NCBI GenBank assembly: GCA_050273025.1
Contig: CP158635.1
Location: 3,472,001 to 3,536,000, forward strand
Direction: 5' to 3'
Length of the DNA: 64,000 bases
DNA from: Cenococcum geophilum
Lineage: Eukaryota
How positions within the stretch are numbered: position 1 is the first letter of the stretch; every line of letters starts with the position of its first letter. Shown piece after piece: positions 25,301 through 37,850 of this stretch. A model generated the notes under the pieces. The model had not been told where the DNA came from, searched no databases, and was given only the letters and a program-made list of their open reading frames with translations. The translations under genes and the position numbers were made by a program.

Positions 25301-27344
25301 ATTTATAAGATATAGAGCACTAAGCAAGATTATATTGGATAGAGATTTAAGATTTATAGAGTATTTTAGGAGGTATTCTTAGTGGAATAAGGAGTTAGAG
25401 TAGCAACTTCTACCGTATATTATCCGTAGACAGACAGTTAAATAAAAAGACTAAATTAGATACTAGAGCAGTATCTAAGATATTATATTAATTACGTATA
25501 GAATAATTAGGTATCGCTATTACTAATTATATAGTTTATATATAATGTAACGCCATAGGAAGGTATAGGTATATTACTATTTAAGGCGAATTACGGATAT
25601 AAGCTAAAAACATTATTATTACTATAGTAAGTAAAGAAAATAAGTAGTATAGCTAAAGAGAGAATAAAGATATTAATAAATCTTTATATAAACCTTATAA
25701 AATTAGTAAAGAAAGTATAAGAGAGAATAAAAAAGTACTATAATGTTAAGAGATTTAAGGGACTAGATCTTAAGGAGGGAGATAAAGTATAGCTACTATA
25801 TAAAATTTTAAGAGTTAATAACTAAGTAAGAAGTTAAACTACGTTAGACTAGGACCTTTTAAAATTATATAAAGGATTTTACCGGTTACGTTTAAGTTAA
25901 ACCTACTAGCTAAAATAAAGATCTACCTTATATAGTATATTATAATGCTAGAGCTAGTGTACGGAAATGTTAAGCTATTAGTTTATAAAGTAGACACGTA
26001 TAAAGGATAGGAAGAAGATAAATAGTAAGTTTTAAAGATCGTTAATTATAAGGATATTAATAATAAAATATAGTATAAGGTTAAGTGGATAGGCTATACT
26101 AAGACTACCTAAGAACCACTAAAAAATTTAAAGAACGCTATAGGAAAGGTATAGGAGTATTAAAAGAAATTAGGTTAGGTAGTATTAATAAAGAAGAATC
26201 GCTAAAGAATAAGTTACCTAAGGGGGACCTAAGAAGAGTAGTTACTAAACTACTTAGATCTATTTCCTTCTTTATTAGAAGAGAATCCGTTCTTTTATTA
26301 TTAAGTTTCTATAGACCCTATTCTATAAGCTTCTACTCCTTAAAATAGACCTTTTTATAAACCTTCTTAAGATGGATTAACTAAGTAGACGCCGCAAGAC
26401 GAGACTTAAGGGCCCGTTACTAAGTATTAGCAGCCTTCTATTCTGCGTTATAGGAATAGCGTAACTCCGCCAGAGTAATAGATAGTTTATTATTTAGCCG
26501 CGTAGTAATAGATTAAATATAAAACCCTAAGATAAATTAATTAGGGAACTAGATAACTATTAAGAGTAATAGGTTACGTATATTTAGTATTAGAGATAGA
26601 GTAAACATTATAGGACAAATAAATATTCGCTTTAGTGCACTCTAAATAAGAGGATAGTTATTATAAAGATGGGTTTACTAATATAATATAAACTAACCCC
26701 TTTTTTAAACAGCGAGAATATAGGGACGGTATAATCTTACTAAGAGATAATATTGCAGCAATAGTGCGAGTGCGACAAGCAGTTAAGGAAGAAGAAATTG
26801 CTTTAGGTATAATAAGTAACAATATTAACTAAATTAATTAGACGGACATTATACCTCTAGTAAATAACTTAGAGATATTAGGGATCTTTAAGAACGAAGA
26901 TAAAGAGAAGGGAGATAGTGTTACGGACGCTTTAAGTATAATATTATAACTACTTAGGGAAGAGTTAAAAGAAGCTAGTTGGTTAATATAAGCACGGTCT
27001 AGAATAGAGCCAATAGAACTATATAACGAGGAATAGTAACTAAGGTTACGTGACGTAATCTATATAATCTATAAGATCTATATAATCTATAATAGAGTAG
27101 ATAGAGTATACGCATATTATATATAAGAAGGATTTTATAGGAGTACGGTCGTGTATTTAAGGACCCTTAATCCCTACCTAGATAGTTCCTTTCTTATAGT
27201 GATTCTTAAAATACAATTGGAGTTAATCTATTAGGCAACTACTCCACCAGTTATTATTACGTTGTTGACTTTTGTACTTGCATTTCCTATACACCTAGCC
27301 CAATAACGAGCCTATCGTAGTTCCTGCTACAAGGTTCCATTACA
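19371..27344 (+). mobile_element. Full-length chromoviral Ty3/Gypsy LTR retrotransposon, RIP-inactivated
   Basis: 426-bp LTRs at 19371-19796 and 26919-27344, 5-bp TSD GCTTC on both sides, and a PPT before the 3' LTR. Contains gag (ATG ~19840, CCHC ~20845-20890), protease (~22900-23190), RT (RLYIDYR, YPLP, VYL(DD)IIIY), RNase H, integrase and a chromodomain (YKVKWIGY ~26075). Confidence 0.95.
26140..26849 (-). pseudogene. Antisense two-exon accessory ORF inside the Gypsy element; Zn2Cys6-like cluster plus coiled-coil after reversing RIP
   Basis: ATG at 26849. YSRC-x6-Y-x13-YLEC-x8-Y, where each motif Tyr is TAT (RIP product of TGT). A 55-nt intron at 26527-26581 precedes a helical, charged second exon. 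Confidence 0.6.
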
Positions 27345-27749
27345 GCTTCGTTATACTAGGTTTACTAAGGAATAGCTTAAAAGACATTGTTAGGTAGTAG
27401 TAGTACTTACTAAGAAATAAATTAATATTAGAAAAGTAGCTAAAAAGAAGGCTACTAATATAAGGAAGCTAACTAAGGAATACTAGCTAGAGGAAAGGTA
27501 GGAAAGGTAGTAGGTAAATGTCGATCGGTAGTCCGTGCACCGATAAGTAAGTAAAGAATGAGGACTCTGTCTATTCAAACTATAAAGAAAAGAAACTATT
27601 TATACATGAGGTAGGTGTCGGAAATAGGAAAGGGTGGGGGGGTATGTAACTAAAATGGGGGTAGTAGTACAACCGGGATAGGAACAAGGATAGGGTAATA
27701 GGCTAAATCCAACCTGAATCGACAGTAAAGTGTAAAAGAACTCCCTTAC

Positions 27750-28230
27750 TGCCGCTAATATAGTTCGTAAAAAGAATTCTAAAGAAGCTTAACTAGCGGC
27801 TTAAATGGCAGCTAATTATGCGTTATTAAAACAGTTAACTACGGAAGAGCTCTAGAAACGGGCGAAGGACTCTATCGCTACTACCGTTGCTACGGCTCTC
27901 GTCAAGCAACTTCAAGATACAGCCAATAAGGGAGCCGCTTTACCGGAGGACACTCGGCAAAGGCAGGAGGACGACAATACAAGTAATATAGGCGACGGGG
28001 GGTCCTCGGATAAGGACGTCGAGTCAATTAGCGACCTTTAGGGGTCGATCGACTGGCCAATTAAGCTCTAGAACACCAAGGGCTAACTTAATATAGGCTC
28101 TATTATATATATTTATGGCTTTCAGACTCCCTAGAAATGATGCGATGATTTTTAATGGTTCTACCAGAGTTTTGCCACCAAATGTCAATTTGGTGGCATT
28201 TTGGTGTTCAAATCGGTCAAAACTACGTTA
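27750..28230 (+). mobile_element. Diverged 3' end of a pogo/Fot1-like element
   Basis: Similar to 57870-58270 (CAAGATAC, TCGGATAAGGACG, GGCTTT..CCTAG). Ends in ACGT-TA. Confidence 0.45.
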
Positions 28231-28329
28231 CAGCCAACTAGATAGCGAGGTTCATCATTTTAGGGACGTTTCCTAATCTCGATAGTGGGCTTATCTTGCT
28301 TACTACCCGCGGCAGCAATTCTAGAACCA

Positions 28330-29380
28330 ACGCCCAGAACCTTTCGATTAGCTCTCCACCTATCTCCAAACTCTTCCATCGCTGATCGGCCTACCTGCAT
28401 CATCCCAGGGTATGATTCTTATCGCAGACTCTAGCCCGCAGTATTGAGGTGTAACGCCACTCTTACCAGCGGTGACAAGAAGACCATCAGAGAGTACGTT
28501 AAACGTGACCACGCTATGGTTCATTTCTGGTCGCAGCGACCGATCTGTTCACAGGAATCCAGTGACCAAGCTTGGATGTTTCCACCGGTACACCCTACAA
28601 TAATCACGTGTTGGCAAATTGATATGTTGTTTACGCAACTGTTGCATCCGTCTAGGGTGGTAACTGCGGAACTAGGAAAGGCCTTGAGTCAGCCTGATTT
28701 CTTTGAGAAAGTAAGTCATACCTACCCGTCCGACAAGGACTATACCCTGACAATCTAGTCTAAGCATCCTGTAAGGAATTTGTCGTTGGTGAGTGTGATA
28801 GCGTAGAAAGGACCAGAATGGCCTTCTAAGACGTATATGCACCTACCAGCGGAGATGTCCCACGCCCGATAGGTGCCATCATAAGATAATGAAAGTAGTA
28901 TGTCGTTCATTGTTTTTAGCTAAATCACAGCCCTTTGACGGCCAGTGAACTTTCTAAGACAAACGCCAGTCTTGATATCTAGAACATGGATCGTTCCATT
29001 CGTGCAGCCAACTGCTACAATATTTGGAGATGTGCTGATGATTGACCGTATTGTGTAGTCATCTACATTATTGCCTGAACAGGCGTACTAATTTTCGAGT
29101 TAACTCCTCAGCTGCATTCATAGATTATAATGAGTACATACCCTATGTCGAAATGCCGCAAAATGTCGTTAACATCCCCACTAAGCAATCAATCTCTAAA
29201 GACTTCTACTGTCCAGATGGTGCCGGATCCGCTCTTAAGCGTGTATGTGAACCCTGTCGGTATTCAGGAGCATGCGACGGCGCTGTAGCGAGTTTTAGCA
29301 TTTCTGTGAATTTTGAGTTAGGTCGGGGCCCAGTGCCCACTGTCACCGACTCGTATGAAGCCATTGGACGGAGCAACTAT
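28330..29380 (-). pseudogene. WD40-repeat protein pseudogene
   Basis: Minus-strand repeats TLKSGSGTIWTVEVF..LLSGD..LRHFDI, VAVGCTNGTIHVLDIKTGVCLRKFTG and SYDGTYRAWDISAGRCIYVLEGHSGP..FLTGCLD*IVRV*SL, with in-frame stops and frameshifts. Confidence 0.7.
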
Positions 29381-29461
29381 AAGCTTAATCGATCTGAAAG
29401 TTGTATCTCTCTCAGGGTATCATCGTGTTTGATGTAGACGAGAAAGCAAGAAACATTTGCG

Positions 29462-31826
29462 TTACTGCTGGGATGGCTTCGGCACGTCCGGATTATGGTA
29501 GCAAGCGTCCAGGATGTACTGTGGATTGTGTCTCTCCAGCCCGTGGAATCTCTTCAAGTGTCCTACGAAACCATCCGATTTCTTGAATGCCAGCTGGTTA
29601 CATCCTCTGTATCGATGTTTCTCGGCATGTTCAGATCGATTTGTCCAGTCGTTGTGGGTGTCACGAACATTCTCATAGCAGAGCCGACATCTCCATTCCT
29701 GAGGGTCTTGCTCTGCGCGGTCAAACAAGGATTTGACCCCTGGTAGGATGCTGCAAGACCATATGGGAGCTGTGTCTGCAGGAACTGTTAATGATGGTGT
29801 AGGGGAATGTCGGGTGTTGTCCTTTCGATCTGGCCACCACATAGACAGGTCTACTCGTTCGCGGAAATGATCAGCGACATGCTCGACGCGATCTTTCCAA
29901 GATTCAAAGCACCAGCCACAAAAACCGCAGTGCAGTGCTGGGTCGCCTGGTGGCAAGGGTGGAGCCGGGCGTTGCCAAGCCTTCAACGTATCGACTAGGT
30001 CTGCAAGCTGTCCGCTACATCTTTTCCAATGAACGCGACGAATATGCTGCTGAAGATGATCTTTCCGATTAAAGGTTCGTTCCGACTCCTGTTTATTCAA
30101 ACAATCACAGTGATCGTGGGATGACATGTGTCCTAAAGGAGGCGAGATTTCGCTGCAAAAAGGGCATTTTTGAAGAGACTGGGACCACCCAGATGGAAGA
30201 CAGATCCAAGTGATCGGACTCGCATGCACAGACTCTTCATGCCGTTTCCAGTCATATTTGGTGGGGTATGAACTCCCACAGAAGGTGCAGAAGAAAGGAG
30301 GCTTCTGGGACTGGATATACTTTTGTCTTTTATTAGCTTCTTTCAGAGCGTCGTATGAATCACGTAGGTAGCGCCTCCGTCCGCGACGACGAGCTCGTTC
30401 TGAGTTATAAGAGGAAACCGAACCAGCATCGGAAGAGCCTATTGAGATAGAACTGTTCCAACTTGAAACTCTCGGGACGAGAGAGTCAGAGAAATTGTCG
30501 ACCGAATCTTCGGGAGGTGTATCAGCCATCTGTTCAGTATCCCACCAATTGTCTTTCGGGTTCCAAGCGCCGCTACTTGATCTACTTAAACAAACTGCAT
30601 CCTCGATAGCCAATGCTGAGGCAGCTTCGTTCTCGATAGATGTTGCTAGATATCTCTTAAGAGAATATATACTTGAAGATTGAGATGCGATAGACGTTGC
30701 TTCAGCCTCTGGAGTATTTATATGAGCCATGTGCCGCGCTGTTGGTTGCTCGGATGACAGCCTTGGGGTTTTACCTGTGTCGACAACAGATGGTTGTCTA
30801 TTGTCTAATAAGCGAGGTCAGTTAAATTCTAATAATGATAAAGACTAAGTTCGTAGGCGCACCGGGAAAGCAGCTACGAGCTCTAGTATTATTGAACCAA
30901 TTTTTGACTGTGTTGGGTTTCAGCGCAGCAAGCTGAGCCAATTCTGCAATTTCATTTTTAGGCGGGTACGGGTTCTTCTGGAAATGCTCTTCAAGTATTC
31001 GCCGACTTTCCACAGGAATTCTAGATAAGCCAGGGGCCTTCCGTTGAGACTTTGACTTTTTGGGCTTAATGACATTCGAGCTAACGACTTTTAGCTGCAC
31101 AGATGGCTTGGACCCGGAGTACAGAGCTGCTGAAGGCTTCTCACCGCGAGCTAAAGCTGAGGATAGCGTGAATTGCTGACTTGGTGATCCAGGAACAGTG
31201 TCTCCTAGATAATTATCAACCCAAGATGTCCAAAGTGGATCCCGTTGGTTGATTTCAAGCTCGGAGCAAGTCATCGTAACATCTTCCTCCGGATAATCCT
31301 GATCTGCTCGAGGATATACGAGATCCATGTCTGCATTCCCTGAAAGCTCCCATGATTCCAAAGTATCATGCTCTAGTAGCGTATGATTATTGGACGAGAG
31401 CAACACTGTAACATCGTAGCTGTCGGTGAATATTGTTGGAGTTTCATGATTGCCTACAAGGCTAGCGAAAGGGCGTTGATAATGCTGACCGTCGCTAGGG
31501 AAGTCATTGCTCTGGGTTCGAAAAATGAATTCATTGTGCAAAGGTGATATCTTGCCCGTTCCCGGACAGGGTCCACCCGTAATGGACTGAGGAAAGTCAG
31601 CCTTTCCCGGTGTGATGTGCTCTGTTGTAGAAGGATTAGTAAGACCAAAAATGGCGCCGCATTTCCTGTTCAGATTAGGCCAGAGACCTTCAAGCAATGA
31701 CTCGGTGGGAGAAGGGTGGAAGCTGTGATAATTTGGCTGGAGTTGGTGATCACGTGAATTGCGAGGATGGTACTCTTCGCTTTCAACCCGGTTGGAGGCT
31801 GTTTGTTCAAGACTGGGTCGCTCCAT
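29462..31826 (-). CDS. Homeobox and C2H2 zinc-finger transcription factor
   Basis: Homeodomain ILEEHFQKNPYP..VKNWFNNTRAR. An intron at 30805-30862 (GTGCGC..CTGAC..TTAG) joins in frame to an exon with FCTFC..WKRHEESVH, FNRKDHLQQHIRRVH and CGFCG..RVEHVADHF. Confidence 0.9.
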
Positions 31827-32059
31827 AGTCGGGGGTGGAGCCCGGATGAAGATGGTGAGGATTTAGTATTTGAGAGTGACATCCTGGACCTATCCGTTCT
31901 TTGAGGGAATTTTGGATGTGTGAGGGGCGAGGCTGAGGACTCGATGTTGAGGGCGTGTTATCTAACTCGTGCCAAGCCGACCTTTCCTAGTTTGTCGTAT
32001 CCTTCAAATTAGGTTCTACCGCATGCCAAGACAAATGTACGTTGGGCCAATAGAAACAC

Positions 32060-32366
32060 GAATGCCTTGGCCGTCGCTGCGCACTGATAATGCAAACAAC
32101 TCAAATCCACGTGATATTCTAATTTAATCGGGAAGGAATTAAACTCAATCAGGGGGGGTGTCCGAGTATCAATCAGGGGGTGTCCCTCTGTCCTATTTCC
32201 ATATAATATTAAAAGCTTCAATATTTTTCGATCAACTCAATCCAATCAGGACCTCCAGATTGAATGCGTTGCCAAGCCCGCGAGCTCTCAGTTGATTGAA
32301 TTGATTGAGTCTTGGCATTCAATTCAATTCAATATTGAAGCCTCGTTGAATGATTTGCAAGCCTAC
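32060..32366. mobile_element. Transposon-end relics in the homeobox promoter region
   Basis: 32060-32186 matches the TIR of the 13800 element. 32215-32366 has the inverted repeat GCTTCAATATT/AATATTGAAGC and (TTCAA)n repeats. Confidence 0.45.
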
Positions 32367-32569
32367 TCCCTTAGAGGTTTTTTGTACCTAACTTATCGGT
32401 ATTTGTCTGCGTAGGCTCAGCTGGAGGACCGCATCAGACGTTAAACAAGAGTCAATATATTAAAGGTAAATTGACGATTTTATAACACGATTTTGGATTA
32501 ACATTAAGACTTTGGTAAGCTAGGCAAGTTCTAAATATATAGCTTTAATTTGATTGCCCCCAGCAACCA

Positions 32570-34519
32570 GGCACTTGGCTTCGCTTCAATTACTATGTAC
32601 AATTAGTGGCAATCAAGCGAAATTGGATGCCCGTACCGAATCTGCAACTCGCCAAAGGGGGGGTGAAGCTGGTCGTGCGATGCAGTGTACAGTGATGTGC
32701 ATGACCAGCTTCACCCCCTTGAAAAAAAAATATTTCGCTGCAGTACGCGGGCCCGCTAAACCGCCACCAACTGTACATAGTAATTGTAGCGAAGCTGTAT
32801 GCTTGGCTGCAAGAACATGCTGACAGCGATCGGCCTTTCTCCGCAGTGTCGCTATCTTTGTCAAATATCGTGAGGTTTCCACCCGTACGATATTGCCAAA
32901 TTCCATCGACCTCTCTGCAGAGACAGCGTTGTACTCGCGTTTTGGCGGCCACAACGGGAGGGGTGGTTAAGGGGGAGAGGAAGAAGCGTACGTCTTCAAT
33001 TTGGTTCTCCTGGCCAACCAAGGCGATTCTCCATGGCAACCAAAAAGGTCCTTGCGTGTACAGTGATGTTCACGACCAGCTTCACCCCCTTTAGCGAGCG
33101 CTGCGAGATTTCAAATTCGCTACAGTAAAAACTGGTTAGTACGATATCTGATTACAACGATATACTCTATATTACGATCTACACCCCTTAATCAAAGTGT
33201 TTTTGGTGTAATATTACGATATTCTGACTTTTGATGATATCGTTAAGTCTCCCCCACCAAAATCGGTATAACCAGTAGAGATTTTGTATGGGAGGGAGCC
33301 TAATTTAGCCGGTAAGGTGGACGCCTTAAGCCTTTTTAAGTATGGGGCCCCCCCTTTTATTGCTTATTAACCCAACACGTGACTCTTTATATAACAATAC
33401 CATTGTTATAACGATGCGCTCGGCCGTACAACCCGTATCGTACTAACCAGTTTTTACTGTACGCGCATCCAACCTCGCTTGATTGCCACTAGCTGTACGT
33501 AGTACCTGTAGCGAACGGCTGTGGCCACACGCAAGGACCTTTTTGGTTGCCCTGGAGAAACGCCTTGGTTGGCCAGGGGAATCAAATTGAAGACGTACGC
33601 TTCCTCTTCTCCCCCTTCTCCTCCATAACTACGCCTCCCTTGTGGCCGCCAAAACGCGAATACAACGCTGTCTCTGCAGAGAGGTCGATGAAATTTGGCA
33701 ATATCATACGGGTGGAAACCTCATGATATCTGATGAAGGTCACGACACTGCGGGATCGCGACGTTCTTGCAGCCAAGCGTACGGCTTCGCTACAATTACT
33801 ATGTACAGCTGGCGGCAATCAAGCGAGATTGGATGCGCGTAGCGAATTTGAAATCTCGCAGCGCTCGCTAAAGGGGGGGGGTGAAGCTGGTCGTGAACAT
33901 CGCTGTAGCCACAGCCGTTCGCTACAATTTCTCGCGAGATTGGATGCGCGTACCGAATTTGAGATCTCGCAGCGCTCGCCAAAGGAGGGGGGGTGAAGCT
34001 GGTCATGCACATCACTGTACAGCTCTGGGCACGACCAGCTTCACCCCCCCTCTGGCAAAAATATTATTTCGCTACGGTACGCGGGCTCGCCAAATCGCCA
34101 CCAACTGTACATAGTAATTGTAGCGAAGCCGTATGCTTCGCTGCAAGAACTTTGCTTCTGGGGGACTTGTGATCGAACTTCCTCCGTAGTGTCGTGATCT
34201 TTGTCAAATATCGTAAGGCTTCCACCCGTACGATATTGCCAAATTTCATCGACAATTGCAGAGACAGCGTTGTATTCGCGTTTTGGCGGCCGCAACAGAG
34301 GCGTTATTAAGGGGGAGAAGAGGAAGCGTACGTCTTCAATTTGGTTCTCCCGGCCAACCAAGGTGATTCTCCAGGGCAACTAAAAAGGTCCTTGCGTGCA
34401 GACACATGCGTTCGCTACAATTACTATGTACAGTTGGTGGCGATTTGGCGAGCCCGCGTACCGTAGCGAAATAATATTTTTGCCAGAGGGGGGGGTGAAG
34501 CTGGTCGTGCCCAGAGCTG
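32570..34519. mobile_element. Array of nested and tandem Tc1/mariner-type MITEs
   Basis: TIR CAG(TGATGT/CTCTGG)GCACGACCAGCTTCACCCCC flanked by TA. Copies: partial one ending at 32687, then 32690-34017, nested 33061-33905, and 34020-34519. Confidence 0.85.
33123..33459. mobile_element. Unrelated 337-bp Tc1/mariner-type MITE nested in the array
   Basis: 24-bp TIR CAGTAAAAACTGGTTAGTACGATA with a TA duplication on both sides. Confidence 0.9.
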
Positions 34520-34854
34520 TAAAATACGCACAGATCGAATAGACTCTGTAACTGAGGCAATTTGCAACCGAACGAACCCATAAGCGATAGCTCGTGTACG
34601 CCAACAGCCCACGGACTATCCGTTAACAGGGCTATCCATGGGAAAAGGCAAGGGCAACAATGGGAATTAACATGGAGCAGTTGGAGCATACAAATGCTCG
34701 TCTTGTCCATTGACTAGGTCTCGTAATGCATCAATATGTTGCAGAGTATGCATTTAAAGCCTACAAATGTGATATGGAAAGATTGACACACAAATGTACA
34801 TTTAACTCATAAAGAACAGTGTGCATTATATATATAACTAATTTGAATGTAAGA

Positions 34855-36322
34855 TCATGCTACACTCACACTAATCCTCGTCACTTTCTGAATCTGCTCT
34901 GGGATGACAATATGCTCTGTTGAGCCTGTTCGGCTCGGATACTCCTCAGAATGTCCCGCTGTAATAACCGCCTGGTGCTGAGGTGTAGAGAGTTCGATGG
35001 AGCTCTTAGCGCCTCCTTCTGAAGGTTCTCCGAGCTGGGAAAAGGTGGTGCGCTTATAATAGCTGGCTACACCGCGACTGGAAAAATACTTAACATCCGT
35101 GCCACCATATACATACTTACGAATGAAGAAAGACGAGACGCCCGGTAGTGACCCGACAACCACTGAAGTGGCCACCTCAACCATTGTGAGAACCATGATG
35201 TATCTAACATTGGCTTGTGCGTTGTTACCAAGTAGAACGGCTCGGATGATGCTGACAGCGATAACAACAACGGCTAGGCCATAAACCATACAGACAGCGA
35301 TGCGGAGACGACGTTCCCGAAGTTGCAGGAGGGCTGGGTATGGAAGGATACACACTAGACTTCAATATTAGTGGGTTTCTTGGTTCAGAGAGATCATAGG
35401 ATAGATCGGAAAGTCGGCCTTCTGGGTTTGCGCTCTCTGCGATGTGGTTTGAAAGTAGAGACTCACGCCAAATATCTGTGCCTATATTGAGTGCGGTATG
35501 CAGCCACTGATTCAGTCAGCATGCTCCGGAGAACACAGATGTGCTTTCCTTACAAAATCCCATTCTCTCATGATCGGTGGACATGATTTTGCGCGTCCCA
35601 GCGGTGCATCCCACCTCCGATGAATTGGTACGCATCCAAGAAGAAATGTTATATATGCTCCAATCAAGGAAATGACCATGAAATACAGGGAGCGGATAGC
35701 CCAGACGTGGGTCTCAGGTATCTTGGTTGAAAGTCGGATATGAAGCAGATTGACAGAAATCTTGACGCTCCAAAGAGCCGTTAAGTAGAAGAAAGTACCG
35801 GCAAAGAAATACTGCCCAGATTTAAATGGTTAGTTCTCGGTAATTGAGAAGGGCAGCGTAGGAGACGGACTACGTTCAATCGTACAGCATCTTCCGGCGT
35901 TTTGATAGCTGCAAGTATTTCAAACATTTTTATTTGTAATGACCCAAGAGTTATCTGCATAATCTAAAGTGTTCAGGGGTGTTAGAAAGTGTTAAAAGTA
36001 TTTCGAGCATCCCAGGACATGCACGAGTACTAAGCAAATTATTCAACCAAGTACAGGAGCGGATGGAGACCCAATTAAGATGCCAAGAGAAACATTAGAC
36101 TGACCAGAGCAAATATTAGAGTAAACTCTAACAGGGCGAACTGTCGCGAGACGACGACACGCATGTAGAAGCGCAAAGCGCATACTGCGAAAGAAATGAG
36201 GCAACAAAGACCGATCAATACCTGTGACAGCGAGACACGACGTCAACAAATAAGCACGAAGCAGAGTGCGTCTCCAGGCTCTGCCTGCAGGGGTGGGGGC
36301 GTACTTGGCCTGTTGCAACCAT
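34855..36322 (-). CDS. Pth11-like integral membrane protein (fungal rhodopsin-domain family, no CFEM), multi-exon
   Basis: Spliced MVATGQ/VLIGLCCLISFAVCALRFYMR, FYLTALWSVKISV, LLGCVPIHRRWD, LNIGTDI, ILPYPALLQL, AVSIIR and MVEVATSVVVGSLPG. Confidence 0.8.
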
Positions 36323-37329
36323 ATCGCTGAGAACTTCACTTCAAAAATTCGAGTTAGTTACGAAGGCAACGTCAAGGAAGGGCAAAACCAGCCTGGAACA
36401 GAGGCCTGGGCACGACGGATATGTAAATGAGACGCAGAGCGGTCAGCCTTACAGGCGGAGGAATGTGGCTTTGGTTGGCGTGCGATAAAACGACTTGCTC
36501 TTACAGCGCATAAACCTTAAGAGGCATCCGGGGATCTGGGGGGCGGTATAGCGAAGTTTGTCCCACAGCTTAAGGCACAGAAAGGGTTAACAATGGCCAT
36601 GCAAGGTTTGTGAGAGGCAGTGTGATGCATGCGGTCGGCATGCACGCATGAGAAAGTCGGTCAAGGTGACGAAGCAGAACTGTCCATCTGAAGATTTCCT
36701 AGGAAATGGACGCCAATTGGCACGTCCGACAGCGCCAATTATACATGAATCAGTCTGGTGTGCCTGGCGCAGTCTCGGGAAACTTTAAATCGTGGAATTC
36801 CCCACTTTTTGAAATCAAGCAAGCGGCAACACTCTTGTGACCCATTAAACCTAAATTTCCATCCGTATATCCACAATGAAGACTTTTTTTATTGTAATCT
36901 ATATAGAGGGCTAAAGTAAAGTCTCTGCTATTATATTCACGACTTTTCTTAATAATTTTGATTGTGTTTTGTTGGTAGGGGGGGCAGTCTCTTTGAGCTC
37001 GGCGACGTGTCACGTGACAGCGCGCGGGCCATCTTGTAGATATCCTCTCGGGTCATCGTGCCCCTGAGATTCTTCCTCATAGAGTATCATATGTATCATT
37101 CCATCAGCCTGCTCAGCGTCTGACATGTTTTAATGATACAGGCCTGATTGGCAATTTCTGCCTTGTTGCCTCAACCAAACTCACAAACCTCACCCTGGTG
37201 GCAACACCTTATGACATTGTATTGTACTTTACATTAACGTCAGTATCCTTTGGTGTTTCAGCTGGAAACCCAAATACCGTCTAGAAAAGGCCAAAATTTC
37301 CAATTTCGTACTATTGTTATTGGGGAAGA

Positions 37330-37850
37330 CGCGTCAAAAGTATGTGTGGACCAAACCAGAAAGAAACACAGCCCTGGTAATTGTACATAGAAATCGTATG
37401 GAGCTGCATCGGGTGCATATACCCTATTGCGCACGGTTTTTGACAGGGGGCGTCTGACCCGTTCATGTTACCCCTTGTACATAGCAATTGTAGCGAACGA
37501 CTGTGGCTACACGCAAGGACCATTTCGGTTGCCAAATTCAGAACTTGCTTGACGCTTCCTCTTTCTCTCTCTTTTGCTTATGCCTCTGCCAAAACGCGAA
37601 TACAACGCTGTCTCTGCAATTGCCGATGAAATTTGGCAATATCGTACGGGTGGAAACCTCACGACATTGACGAAGATCACGACACTGCAGAAGCAAGGTT
37701 CTTGCAGCCAAGCATACGGCTTCGCTACAACTGGCAACCGGGCGGGATTAGATGCGCGTACCGATTTTTAAAATTTGGGAGTGGGGTGGAAGCTGGTCGT
37801 GCACATCACTGTAATTTGGCAGGGGGTGCGCACATACTTTTGACGACCCA
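37330..37850. mobile_element. Further copy of the 32.6-34.5 kb MITE family within another short inverted repeat
   Basis: Shared core CGCGAATACAACGCTGTCTCTGCA..AATTTGGCAATATCGTACGGGTGGAAACC and right TIR GAAGCTGGTCGTGCACATCACTG-TA (37811). Outer inverted repeat CGTCAAAAGTATGTG / CACATACTTTTGACG. Confidence 0.7.

Noticed and set aside
32554..34710. Many short overlapping ORFs with similar translations
   Set aside because: They are translations of repeated MITE cores, not genes.
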